A stretch of DNA of 46,972 bases, the filler included, from Catajapyx aquilonaris (lineage: Eukaryota): assembly GCA_000934665.2 (NCBI GenBank). It is 2 parts of 2 records of this genome, joined end to end, with 100 filler letters (N's around TTAATTAATTAA, not from the genome) between each part and the next. Parts side by side here need not be neighbours in the genome. Positions count along the whole stretch, not along the records: positions 23,540 to 46,972 come from KZ539397.1; 1 more part is not named here. The stretch is one strand, 5' to 3'. Made by a program: the position numbers and the translations under genes. The notes under the pieces are model-generated. The model searched no databases and was not told the origin of the DNA. It saw nothing but the letters and a program-made list of their open reading frames with translations. This document shows, piece after piece, positions 26,312-38,700 of the stretch; the first letter of the stretch is position 1, and every line of letters begins with the position of its first letter.

Positions 26312-29300
26312 AGGTTGAAAGGCAATGCTGGGCCAACCTCCTTAAATATATCAATTATAAAGTCACAAAGAGATATGTGCCGCAAAAAGAAGAAAAAAGT
26401 AGTCTACATAATGTTGAACATAACTGCTTTTCTTTGACTTTTCATGACTTTTTGCCAAATCAATCAATAAGAAAGCTTTTATGTAATAAAATCAGCTTCA
26501 CAGGTTTTTTGACTAGCCCCTGTAAAAATATTGTATATTTTTGTGACTTACACCCTTTCCCTTGTCAACACCTCATTTGACAAAATAAAAAACTCTCTTA
26601 AGTAGGCCTATATTTTGTATATTTTCTATATGGCTTTTTTACTTTTTTTTTTTTGCTTTTTGCTTTTACTTTGCTTTTTACGGCAAGTTAGTACCGTACT
26701 TCAACTCATCATAAAACATGTTTGATATCAGTTAAATTTTTAAGATTCAGAGTTTAGTCATTAGTGTGTTAAGTAGGCTACAATAACTTGGTAATTTGCG
26801 TATTTCGGTTATCATGAAGTAAAAAGGCAGCATATTCGTTACATGTACAGTACAGTATAGCTTATACCAGGGCCCAGCAGGGCCCAGCAGGGCAGTTGAT
26901 TCTTTAAAATCTTTCCACAGCCATAATTGGACAGTGTTATGCAATATTGGGTCAACCCACAAAAATGTCAAAATTGAGTTAAACCCAGGAACATACACCC
27001 AAAGGATAGTTAACTAGTTATAGTACTTCATTAAGTTAAAATCAAGGTGGCGAAATCTGCATACTTCTGCCATAAATGACCGAAAAGAACACTGAATTAA
27101 TTTCACAGGCATGACCTTCAAATCCCTTTTTCTCAAAACTGTTCTCATGTGGGTTGACTCATTATTGCATAACACTGTCCCATTGATGTCAAACACTGCA
27201 TCCGTGGATTATGCTGCAACAAGTGGGACACTTAAGTTGAGCTTGTAGTAAATCAAGCTTGAGACAACACTGCAGATCAATCAGCAGCGTGCTTTTATGA
27301 TGTGGAAAGATGATGAAGAGAATGAGGAGTCATGGTGACAATTGCAATGCTCCAGGTTTTTACTGTACTGTACTGTACAGTACCAATTGAATGCAAGAAA
27401 TAAGTGCTTCCACCTTCCCGCTTCCCGGCCAGTGGACCAGCAGAAGCCCGGACCAGGTCCCTTCAGTGCCAGCATCGTTTTAGGCACAGTTTTAAATCAG
27501 TAGAAATGTTGCACCTGGCCACCTGGTATACTATACACAGCTGTTCCTACAGGCAAGCATTTCCTCCGAAGTAAAGTTTCTTGCAATACTCAAGACAACA
27601 ATACCCTTGCTTATTTCAATGATTTTGGCTTAATTATTGAAATAATTGCATGGCAAGTGTAGTTTTGCAACATACTGTATCAATACAATACTGTATGTGA
27701 ATAATAGGAATCATCCTGCTGGATATTCCACCCTCAAACCACCCTTGCTAAATGGGTCACCTGAAGCACCGGTGGACCCAGTCAGTCACTTCATGAAACA
27801 AACATTTACCTGACCCAGGGTAATTTTGCTAGGAATCTAAAATAAATGCTTTAAAAACCACGCACATTTTTTATCATGCTACAAGTACCTACCAGGCATC
27901 CACACTTCATCCTCACAATCCCAATGTCAACTGAAAGGCAAATGTCCCAACATAAAAAGACAAGTTATTACATGGAATTGTTTACTGTTGTTAAAATAAT
28001 TACAATGGTCACTTTCCACATTGCTGATGACAAACATGAGACATGTGAAGGGAAAGATTACAATATCCAATATCCACGTTGAATAAATAGAAACTTGCTG
28101 GACCGGGCATTTTTTTGTTCCTGTAGCTGCCTGTACTGTCAGTTTAGTCTCTGCCTTTTAACTTTTCACACATTTCCCATCACGTGTCAAATAATGGCAG
28201 AAGTTGGACGTTATTGTCGTGGTGATGATGGCTGAGTGTGTGTTTGTGACTCATTTGGCACTCAACCACGACTGCTTCGCTTTTAAAATTTCCCCCTCTC
28301 AGAGAAAAACTGACAGTGGGCTGAGTTATCACGGGAATGGGAGATGATATTGTACACAGGCAAAAACATAAACATAAAAACAGGCAATATCTAATGTGTA
28401 TCCTAGCAGGGGTAGACAAGGTGGGCAGGAAGGGGACAGGAGGAAATGTGCAACTGAAGCACACATTCACACCATACACGCATCATATACACACACATTT
28501 CCCTTACTACACATGCTGTGGATGTGCCAATTGGTGGAGAGGATGGGAGGGGGCAGGGTGAGGCGAGAAGTGGGAGGGTACAATTTTTAAAAATGATGTA
28601 ATACTGTGTAGCTGTGTTGTGAGCAAGATAACCTACAGAGAAGTCCATTCTTATCAAGAATCCCAGTTTACAGGTACATCAATTAAGCCACAAAAATTCA
28701 GTTAGTCTACTTGTGTTACACATTTCTTTTCTTTTTTAACTCTTGTGGGGCAGAAAACAAATAACATTTTTTAAAATTGGTAGTGCTTATACATTGAACT
28801 GGGTTAACATTACAGAGAAGCTACTAAATCAGCTGCAAACTACGGCTATATATGTATATTTTTTTTCTCTTGAAGTTGAGGGTATGACCAAGGGGGTATA
28901 GGCAGCTGCCAAAAAAAGAGAAAGATCTGGCTCCTTTCTTCCCCAAAAGCGCTAGCCTGCCACTCTTAATCTCTTTTTTTCTTTTAAGTACAAAACCATG
29001 GCATGTACAAACAGCTGCACCCACCGTTGGAAATACCTCACCCTCTGTCTGACCTCCATCATGTGAATTTTTTCATCTTCTTCCCCCCCAACCCCCTCTT
29101 ATGTTTCCCTTATATGATACATATTCACGACACTCAGGAAAGACTAGTTGAAGAGGAGGTTTCATCCTAACCCTCTCTTGCAATATGTTACACATTAATA
29201 TATGAAACGACCATTTTTTTTTCTTGGAATATGCAAACATTGGTAGTTTTTTTTGTTTGTTTCATTATTTCTTCATCCATGTCTTTCAGTCTGGCCATTT

Positions 29301-29725
29301 GTGGAAATATCCAACTGCCAAACGTTGAAAACACAGCTGATTGAAACCCAGCCTTGTCCCCGGTTCTTTTGTCTTTAACATCGATATCTGTCAGAGTTTC
29401 AAGAGACCGGATTGAACAATTTCAATGCCTGTTGAAACTGAAATGTCTGGTATATTAAAATTTTTCTCATATTGTTTCTGAAACGCTGGGGACAGCAATC
29501 GGCATACTGGAAGCTGCATACCAACGAGAGAATACAATGTAATGGATTATTAATATAGTAATAATTATTATTATTATCTTCAGCAAAGGCTTCTAGGTTT
29601 CAAAAGCAGGCATTGTTTTTGGGTGGAACTTATTAAATTTTTTTTTTTTCCTTTTTTTCACTCACTCTCTTGCTCTCACTGTTCCTAATAGCTCTCCCCC
29701 AAATTTTTTGAAGTTTTGGCATCAC

Positions 29726-32700
29726 CTAATCCTTTGCCTCGAAATACTTGTAGGTGGGATTCTCATATCCATTGATCTGCATGTTGGCCACATGTCTTTC
29801 TTCTGGTGTGGCTGCCTGATCTACCTCGACAAATCCCTGTAACAGTTGGTTTCAATTAATATTGTGCATCTTAATAGTAGTTGCAGAGTAGGATTGAAGG
29901 TACATACCTGGTTTTGCGGGGAGCGGCTGTGGCGCCTCCGAAGCACCACAATTCCTACAATCATGGCTGCCATGAGGGCAATTCCTGCAAATGCCAGTGT
30001 GAAATAGATGCTCTTGTTCTCCCTGTGGTACACTTCTCGGTGAACTGAATAGATCTGAAAGACACAGAAATGTAAATACTTTATTTATATCCTTCATTTA
30101 TAGTTGTATTCATATATTCATATTATTGTTATATTCATTTATAGTTATATTTTATATTACACTGACCCCTCATATCCGGAGTTATTCTATATCAATTGCA
30201 TATATTTATTACATTTTTTGCACTTATTGGTGATTTGGGGTACGATCTGGGCTTTTAGGGGAGCTAGGCATGGAGAAACTTCTCATTCAAGACTTCTCAC
30301 ACTGGGAGGCTGAACAAATGAAACTTTTCTACGGCAGGTTTGTTTCATGGATGAGGCGACTTTTTATGTACATCATCAAGAACAATGTGTGTGGTGTAAT
30401 GGTACGAGATATCCTACAGGATAAGATCTCGACAGTAACTCTAGATATGATTGAGCAGGTTAGGTACGAGACGTATATATCGTATTTCTTTATCTTCCGA
30501 TCGAGAAATGAAGCAAAAATCGAAACAAACTAAGGTGAGAACAAAACTTTCATAACATTTCAAAACTTAAGTCATTAAGATATGTCTACAAGTTTGCGAG
30601 TTATAAGGTTTCAAAATCCGCACATTCTGTTTCAATCACCCTGTATTATATTTAAAAGGTGAAACATAGCTTAAGTAGGCCTTCTCTCTCTCTCTCTCTC
30701 TCTCCCTCCCTCTCTAACCCATTTAGATAGGTAGATAGGTGCTAGGAGTTGGTGACGACAACTGTAATTTGCTATCTCCATTGGCCCACATATAACCTTT
30801 GTGTCTTTGGTACATAGGCAATGCGCATTATAAAACTCTCCATGCATCCGTTTTTATACAATTCTATTAATCTTTTGTGATATAAAAATATATGCATGAT
30901 TCTTGAAAATACACTTTTGATGATTGATTGTGGATTGATGCATGTGTCACATTATTTTTCCCTCTTTCCAGAAGCCCAGATAACAAGTTTCACTCTTTTG
31001 CCAGTCTTTTCTAGCAATCCATGCTAGCCCATGAAAAAAGAAGAGACTGATACACACCATTTCTGTGTGTTCCAATTTTCAGATATATACAACCTGATTA
31101 CATAATAAGGACTTCCTTATTCATACTCATTTGAGCAAAAAAAAAAAAAAAGGGGGGGGGGGGGGGNGGTAAAAGTAACTTTATGCAATAGAAAATCCTC
31201 GTTCTCCCCTAAAACAGATTTAAAAACCTGGGTAGTGGTAACTTGTAACTCATTGGTCCAGAGTCAATACATATTTATACTTTTCTGAACCAGTCCTGAC
31301 TTTGCAAACAGAGTAATGCACACAAAGTTGTTTCTAACTATGTTGATTGTCTGCCAGTGAATTCCTTGAACCAAAACAAGTGTAACATGTAGAGGTGAAA
31401 AATACCGCCAGCTAATAATGACATAAAAACAATATACAGGGTGGGGCAAAAGTCCTGGGCGGATTAAAACAACGCAGCATGGCGTAAGTAACGAACAATT
31501 ATATTTTTTTTAAATTACACTACACAGAGAAAGATATGCCATTTATGGATCCAGGTCCAAAAAAGACACTTCTTGAAAACAACACCGGATAGATGTCCAC
31601 CTTTGCGGGCAACACATTATTCCTCCAAACGCTGGACGAAACCCTTCATATAACGTGCTCCAGCATGTCCAGGGGAATGTTTCTCACGGCGTGTCTTATC
31701 TGATCCTTAAGATCAGCCAATGACTGAGGAGGTGTGGCAAACACCAAACAAATTAGTCAAATGTTTCCTGGCCGGGTCATTTCAAGATTTGGGGACATTC
31801 CATGACCGCCGCGGTCGCCAGATTTGACCATCCCCAACTTCTTCCTGTGGGGGTACCTGAAGAGTTTGGTGTTCGCCACATGTCCTCAGTCATTGGCTGA
31901 TCTTAAGGATCAGATAAGACACGCCATGAGAAACATTCCCCTGGACATGCTGGAGCGCGTTATGAAGGGTTTCGTCCGGTGCTTGGGGGAATAATGTGTT
32001 GCCCGCAAAGGTGGACATCTATTCGGTGTTGTTTTCAAGAAGTGACTTTTTTGGACCTCAATCCATAAATGGCATATCTTTCTCTGTGTACTGTAATTTT
32101 TTTTAAATATAATAGTTCATTACTTACGCCATGCTGCGTCGTTTTAATCCGCCCATGACTTTTGCCCTATCATGTACCATGAGTTTCACAATTTAGCTTA
32201 CAACGATATCAGCACAAATGTTGAAATGTCCTCATGTCCTACCCTTGCATATGTGCCACAAAATTGTCCACGCAGGTTGTGGTGTGTGTCTTTTAAGAGC
32301 ACCCAATTGTTTGTTTTCTTCTATGTTGTACTAAGGCTACATAAACCTGGGTACCTGATTAGTGCAGGAACCTTGCAGTGGTGCAAGCAGCCCTTACCCA
32401 AGTAACCTGAGTATGATGGGTACTCACTGAATCTCGGTGAGACAGATTGCAAATGCTTGTGCATGTTTCACTGTCATAGTGCTACGAGTAAATGCTTAAG
32501 AAAACAGTTTGGTGTAAAAATTTCTAGATGAAATGGGCACACTGACTTTGGATTACTCTGCACATGAGTTTTGAACTCAGGCTGTAACTCACAAGTCAGA
32601 TATTTCTTTACACTTGATCTGGCCAAAAGAATCTAACAGCAGGTGATTGACATGCTAGTTATAACATCCTGTACTTGGTATCATTGACAAGAGTAAGGCA

Positions 32701-35700
32701 TGTTTGGTATACTCTGAAGGAAAGTATACGCACCAATTGCCTCAGAAACTGTTCTGGTGTTATGAAATTATTTCAATTTTTTGTGTGCTGCATTTTCCTG
32801 CAACTCTAAATCACATCTTGCATGCAGCAGTTCAGCAATGGAAGGTCTAAAATAATGCGTGTCATAGGCTATGTTTGTTACAAAATACATGGTGTAATGC
32901 ACTCTTTGATAAATTATCATTCCTGACACCCAGGAACTCACCCTAACACAGTCAGAATCAGTGCAATACACATGGCACAGTAATGGTAAGGCATGCAACT
33001 ATTCCACCTTTCCACTGTAAGATCCCTGTGTTCAACAAGAATAAAAAGCACAGGTGTCTCACAAGGTTCAAAACATGGCACAATTATGACAAATCACTGC
33101 AAACCATGCAGGGGGCACAGTGACGTTGGGAACCTCCCAAAATCTAACAAACTACATGGTTTCAACTGAGAGAGTGACTGATATGAATGTAGTGGTATTT
33201 GGATGATTGAGATAGTGGGGTTGTGGGAGAAGAGCTGCCACAGAGTTGTAGCATATGAGAGGTACTATGGGGCTCAAATTGTTTTGGCCACTTTATCCTG
33301 GTCTTGAAGCAACCCTTTGCACAGGCCCCACGCTGAGCAGGTGTGTTTGTGTGTGTGTGTGTGTGAAGGGTTGCTTCAAGACCAGGATAAAGTGGCCAAA
33401 ACAATTTGAACCCCATAGTACAACTTAATAAAACCTTTTCTGCTTCAATTATAAAAATTCAGTTTGAAAAGATTATTCCTTTCACACTCAATGGGCTGAA
33501 AGCAAAAAGCATTACCTACAATTTTCAGAAAAAATTAAATGAACTTGATCATATGGGGCATCAAATGTTCTCCCCCTCAAAATATAGTACCCCAGTTTAA
33601 AAATAGGTCAAATCAGTTGATTTCATATGTCTCAGCATTCCAATGCTGCACTCCTTTCTAAATTACCACTTAATCACCCTTGTTGGATAGAATGCTTTTT
33701 GCATGCAACTTCTTCAATTGCCAAATGCATTCGAGGCACATATTGTAGGCCCTATTCATGTCTGTAGAGTCTGGGCAGTCCATAAAGTGTCAAAATATCT
33801 ATATTATACAAGCCGTGCTGTTTCTGTTTGTTTATTGTACACCGTTTTTCTACAACTTCCAAACGTGGTAGAAGCCTGAAACTTTGTACACTTATGCTAA
33901 GGTATTATAGGAGTGTCCAAAATTACGAAAAGCCATAAAAATCAATGCAGGACTTTCCCAGCAGATGTAGCTGCATGTAGGGTGTGGAAATTTAATGTAC
34001 TTTGGGAATGTTAGAAAGATTCTAGGCAATCATTTTAAGTATAGATATCATGGGGACATGGGTCTCCACAGTGTAGTTACAAAGATAAATTGGCTATTTA
34101 TCACATAGTATAGCATGTCCTGGAAGGTTTGCATCTGACCATAAACAGGGTGCAGCTGAAAAGTCCTGCCTGTCTATGTCTTGGCAAGACACTAACTCTG
34201 GATCACTGGCCCATCATTTACAGTGTCACATAACACACTGAGCATCCCTTACTAGAAACAAGTATCAAATGCAGAGCACAGCAGATTGATACTCTGTAAA
34301 TCATGGTTCAGTGATTGGGAGTTGGTGTCCTTGCCAAGACATAGACATGAGACACCTTTCAAGAGTGTGGTGGGACCTTCCAGGGCATGTTACACTACAT
34401 GATAAATAGCCCATTATCTTGGTAACTATTTAGGCTGTAGAGATCCACAATACCTGTACTTAAAATGATAGCATAAACCCCTCTACCATTCCCCAAAGTG
34501 AAGGTAAGTTAAATTTCCAGACCTTGTACAGGGCTTATTCCCATGCCTTGAGCATTTGCCAAGTAGTACAGCACACATTATTATTGTGACTGTGCCAAAG
34601 TAGTGACAGTTTTGAGTCCCTGGATTGTCCCCTGTTTCCAAACACATCAACTTCAATCTAGAGGCATCTCTCTCTTTCACTACATAAAGACAGCTACATA
34701 GCTTGAGTCCATTTCTGGTATAGAAGGGCAGGGGAGGCCACAGCTGGGGAGATCAGGGCAGAGTCAGGAGAGTAGACCTCCAGTGATAAGACAACAGGTA
34801 CTAGGGAATAGCCATGGCAAATGCATATTCTGAACTTCGGATTTTCTGCAAATCTACTGAGCATGTAGTGGATGTAATTCATCTGGCACCACATTTTCTA
34901 TAATAATGGTTTAAGCACCTTCAAGAACACAAACATTTTCAATGAACTCCATTCTGTAACATCAATTATGACATATCAGAGGCAGGCTTCCTGCTAATTG
35001 TCAGTAATGTGAACTTTCACTGTACGAGATGTAAATGATTCTGGACCAATCATACCACCAATCAATGTAACTGGTCCCCCAAGTCAATTCACATTCCCGC
35101 TGTACCATATTCTGAAGAACCTGAATTTTGATACAATGCTCATCCTGTGAAAGTGGCTCAAAACAGTCAAAACAGCTTCTGGCATACTTTCAAATTACCA
35201 GACTCTTTCACAGACATCCATACCATGGGCTTTGGCTACAATAAATTATATAAAAATAAGCAACTCACAGCTTCATGCGAGATGGAATGAGCTTGCGCAT
35301 GTGCCACTTTAGGCGCTGCAAGCTGATCAGCCTTGTGCTGAGAGGTGGCGGCTGCTGAGTCAGGTTGTGTCGACTCATCCTCCATGCTCTCTGGGTCAAA
35401 CTGTCGGCCCACCTTCTTTCCTTGCATGTTCTGTTCCACCCTCTTCTGTTCCTCCCTCAGCTCCTGACGTTCCTTCTGCCTTTGGGCCTTCCTCTCCCGC
35501 TCCATCTGTCTCTGGCGCTCCTTCTCCTGCATCTTGGCAGTCACCTCTGCCCGGAACCGGTCCAGGAGGTGAGTCTCACTCTCCCGGGTGCGTGCCAGGA
35601 GGGAACCAGGTGTGTCATCCTTACTGCGCAGGGCAGTTGCATAGTCTTCCATCAGCTGACGAATCTTTGCTGACAGTTCAGGGAAGCGGCTGATGGAAAA

Positions 35701-38700
35701 TAAAAATATTTATTAGTGGTAGAATTATCACAACTTGAACACTGAATTCCAAACAAAATTAGTAGCAATGTAAAATTAATTCACTTACACCCCTGCCTCA
35801 GATAATATAAGCTTCTTGTTACTCCTTGACTACCAAAACTACCTCATATATGGGATGTCTTTACTGACAACAACAACAACAGGGTTTCATTAACTTAAAG
35901 GACAGGCATACAGTATGCTAATACAACAGCACAAAAAAAACCAGCAGCTATAAATATTTCTAAAGGTAAGTGACAGTTTTCTATGTGAAACTTGTGGTTT
36001 ACCTGACAATAGAAAAAAAAATCTTAATTTTCAAATGCACAGTATCAGAAAAATGTATGACAAAACCCAGTTAGCATTTTTGGCCCCTCCAGAGAAAAAT
36101 CTAACACAGAAAAATACTGATGGTCTTCACCTCCAACTTTCACCTTGGAGGAATACCTGCAACCTTTTCAACCAGGGATGGAAAAAGTACCGCTTCCTTC
36201 CAAGAAGCGCTTCTTTTTTCCATGTGCAGGGATAGAAAAAGAACCGCTTACCGCCCAAAGAAGCGGTTCTTTTTCCATCCCTGTTTTCAACATATCACAC
36301 CTAAGCATCCCTCCCATAAGCATAAATACGTCGGTATGTATATGTATATTTGACTAGATATTTGGCATGGAACTGTCACATGGAGAAGTAAGAACTGTGC
36401 TCATAAGATCAGTTAAGATTTTACTTGGCAACTTTTCTCGACAATCCTGAAATTTTGAATGTCTGAATTAGCAAAACCTTCTTAAACAACCAACTAAACT
36501 GTAGGTTAACAACAACAATTTGAACTGGAAAGAGCTGATCATATATCAGTTTCATCCAAGTCTGATGACATCATATGAGTACTATTTATGAACTCTAAGG
36601 ATGTGCTTTCATCAGATTCCCAGCCAGGTAAAATATCCATCCAAAACCCCAATTTATCCTGACAAAAGCACTATATTTTAGCACAAGAATCTCCCCTCTA
36701 AGCATTTATATTGATTTCCATTAATTCCCATAGATATGCTTCTATTCCATTGCATTTTCCTTTGATCTCCATGGACTTCCTTTGCATAAAACAAATATGA
36801 CATGTTGATTCATGGCCAAACTACTACCCACTGATCCCAGAGTCTGTCAAAGCAAGGGTAGATGACAAAAAAATAATTCTGCAGGGTATTCATAAATGAA
36901 CTAGAACCATGAAGTCAAAACCGTTTTAGTGGGGATAAACTGGGTGAAAAAGGGATGCTGACATGCCCTCATTTACTGCTGAATTTGTGAAACAGGCTGA
37001 ATGTTACTTCTGAAATTGCAGATGTGTCATCCTAAACAGTGGCCCAGGCATGGGGAAATCGGAGGTCCCCCCCACCCCCCACCCCAAAGCTTTGAAATTC
37101 TTTCAGTAAAAACATTACATATAATTAAGTCGTGATAATTTGGAAAAAGGCTGGAAAAAGGCTAATCCAACCTGCTCAGCATCTGCAAGGACTGGTTGAC
37201 CATCTTGTCAATATCAACAAGGTGCTCCAGGGTGAGGTCACGCTCCCTCTCAGCCTGCTCGAAATTGGTATTGAGAAGGTGACGGTAGTGGGCCACAGTA
37301 TGGTGACGGTCCTTGTGAAGAGCCCTCAGCAACTTCTGGAGGCACTTCTGCACCCGATGAGCCTTCCATATAAAAAAAACAAAGCACATTAAAATTGCTG
37401 CCCCCACACCACCCATTAAGTATAGACCATGCCCCTTTTTCATCATTACGGTCAGCAAGACACATTATTAGCTGGCTTCCATATCACCCCCATGTGGATT
37501 GGAGTGAAGTGTAGCGCCACAGATTCAATTGCGTGCTTATGTGGGAGCATGATTAACTCATCAAATTTGCTCCTTACATTTGGTGGGTTCTCATTGAGGG
37601 CTTCAGTGTAGCAGGTCATAGCCTCCTTCTTGCGTTCATTGATGTGTGCCATCACACGCTGCTGGTGCATTGCCACCAGTTGTCTCTTCTCAGCATTGCC
37701 CTCTTCCTCCAATGCTTGCACTGTCTTCTGGAACCTGAAAACCAAGTTTCATAAATCATTATGTTATGCAACTCTACCATTCAGTGAGCCTAAGTGGATT
37801 TAAGATGGCAACATTGGTGATACTTTTTCCTGAGTTTCTGTACTTTAGTAGGGATCAGCAAACAAGTCTGCTGGCACATACTGTAGTTGTAGAAGTGACA
37901 AAATTGCTTTAAAAACTCACATTGTGGGCTTCCTAGTCTCGCTTGGGTAACAGAGGATAAACCTTTAACTTGCTCATGGATCAAGTTCAGAGGCATTACG
38001 CTCCCAGGACCATCTTCAACATTGTAAAAATTTATTTCCGTAAGGTTAAAAGTCGTTCTCACCTGCACTAGCAAGTGCCTCTGATGGTGTCAGTATGTGT
38101 AAAGTTCTTACCTAATCAGTGCGACTTTTGCGCCTGTTTCGAGTCACATAATTTTTGGATGCGCCCCCCTGCCACCCCTCAGCCCCCAAGGGGACACGCC
38201 CCACCGGTACGTATACAGTAAGTAATCGAAACATCCCCGACAAGCCTTTGGTGCTGGGAAGGCATGTCAAAAATTCCAGTGCTAAAACTTCAACTTATTC
38301 TCTATGTTCATGGGAACTTCGAAACATGATTTTTTTAAAAATCCACAAGAGTCCCCGCCGCCTCCCCCCCCCCTCCCCCTGGCTACATCACTGGGATGTG
38401 TGATTGCCCAACTGCACATTAACAAGTCAAATTATGTTTAAAACTAAAAGCATAACAGATGCAACTTTTTGGGGGGTATCATGTTGCAGGGGCTTGGGAG
38501 AAGCCTTTCAAGCTAAAATCAAATCAACTGCTGCAATACTTGAAAGTTCTTGCAGTGCAACACAACCTTGAACAATCTATTAACACTCAATTAGTTTATA
38601 AAGCCTTACAAGGTACAGTCAGCTAGCATAAAGATGTGGAGTAGTGCTCCCCTGGCAAGTAGAGGAGATGCCAATGTCACAAGTACACTATCAACGTATG

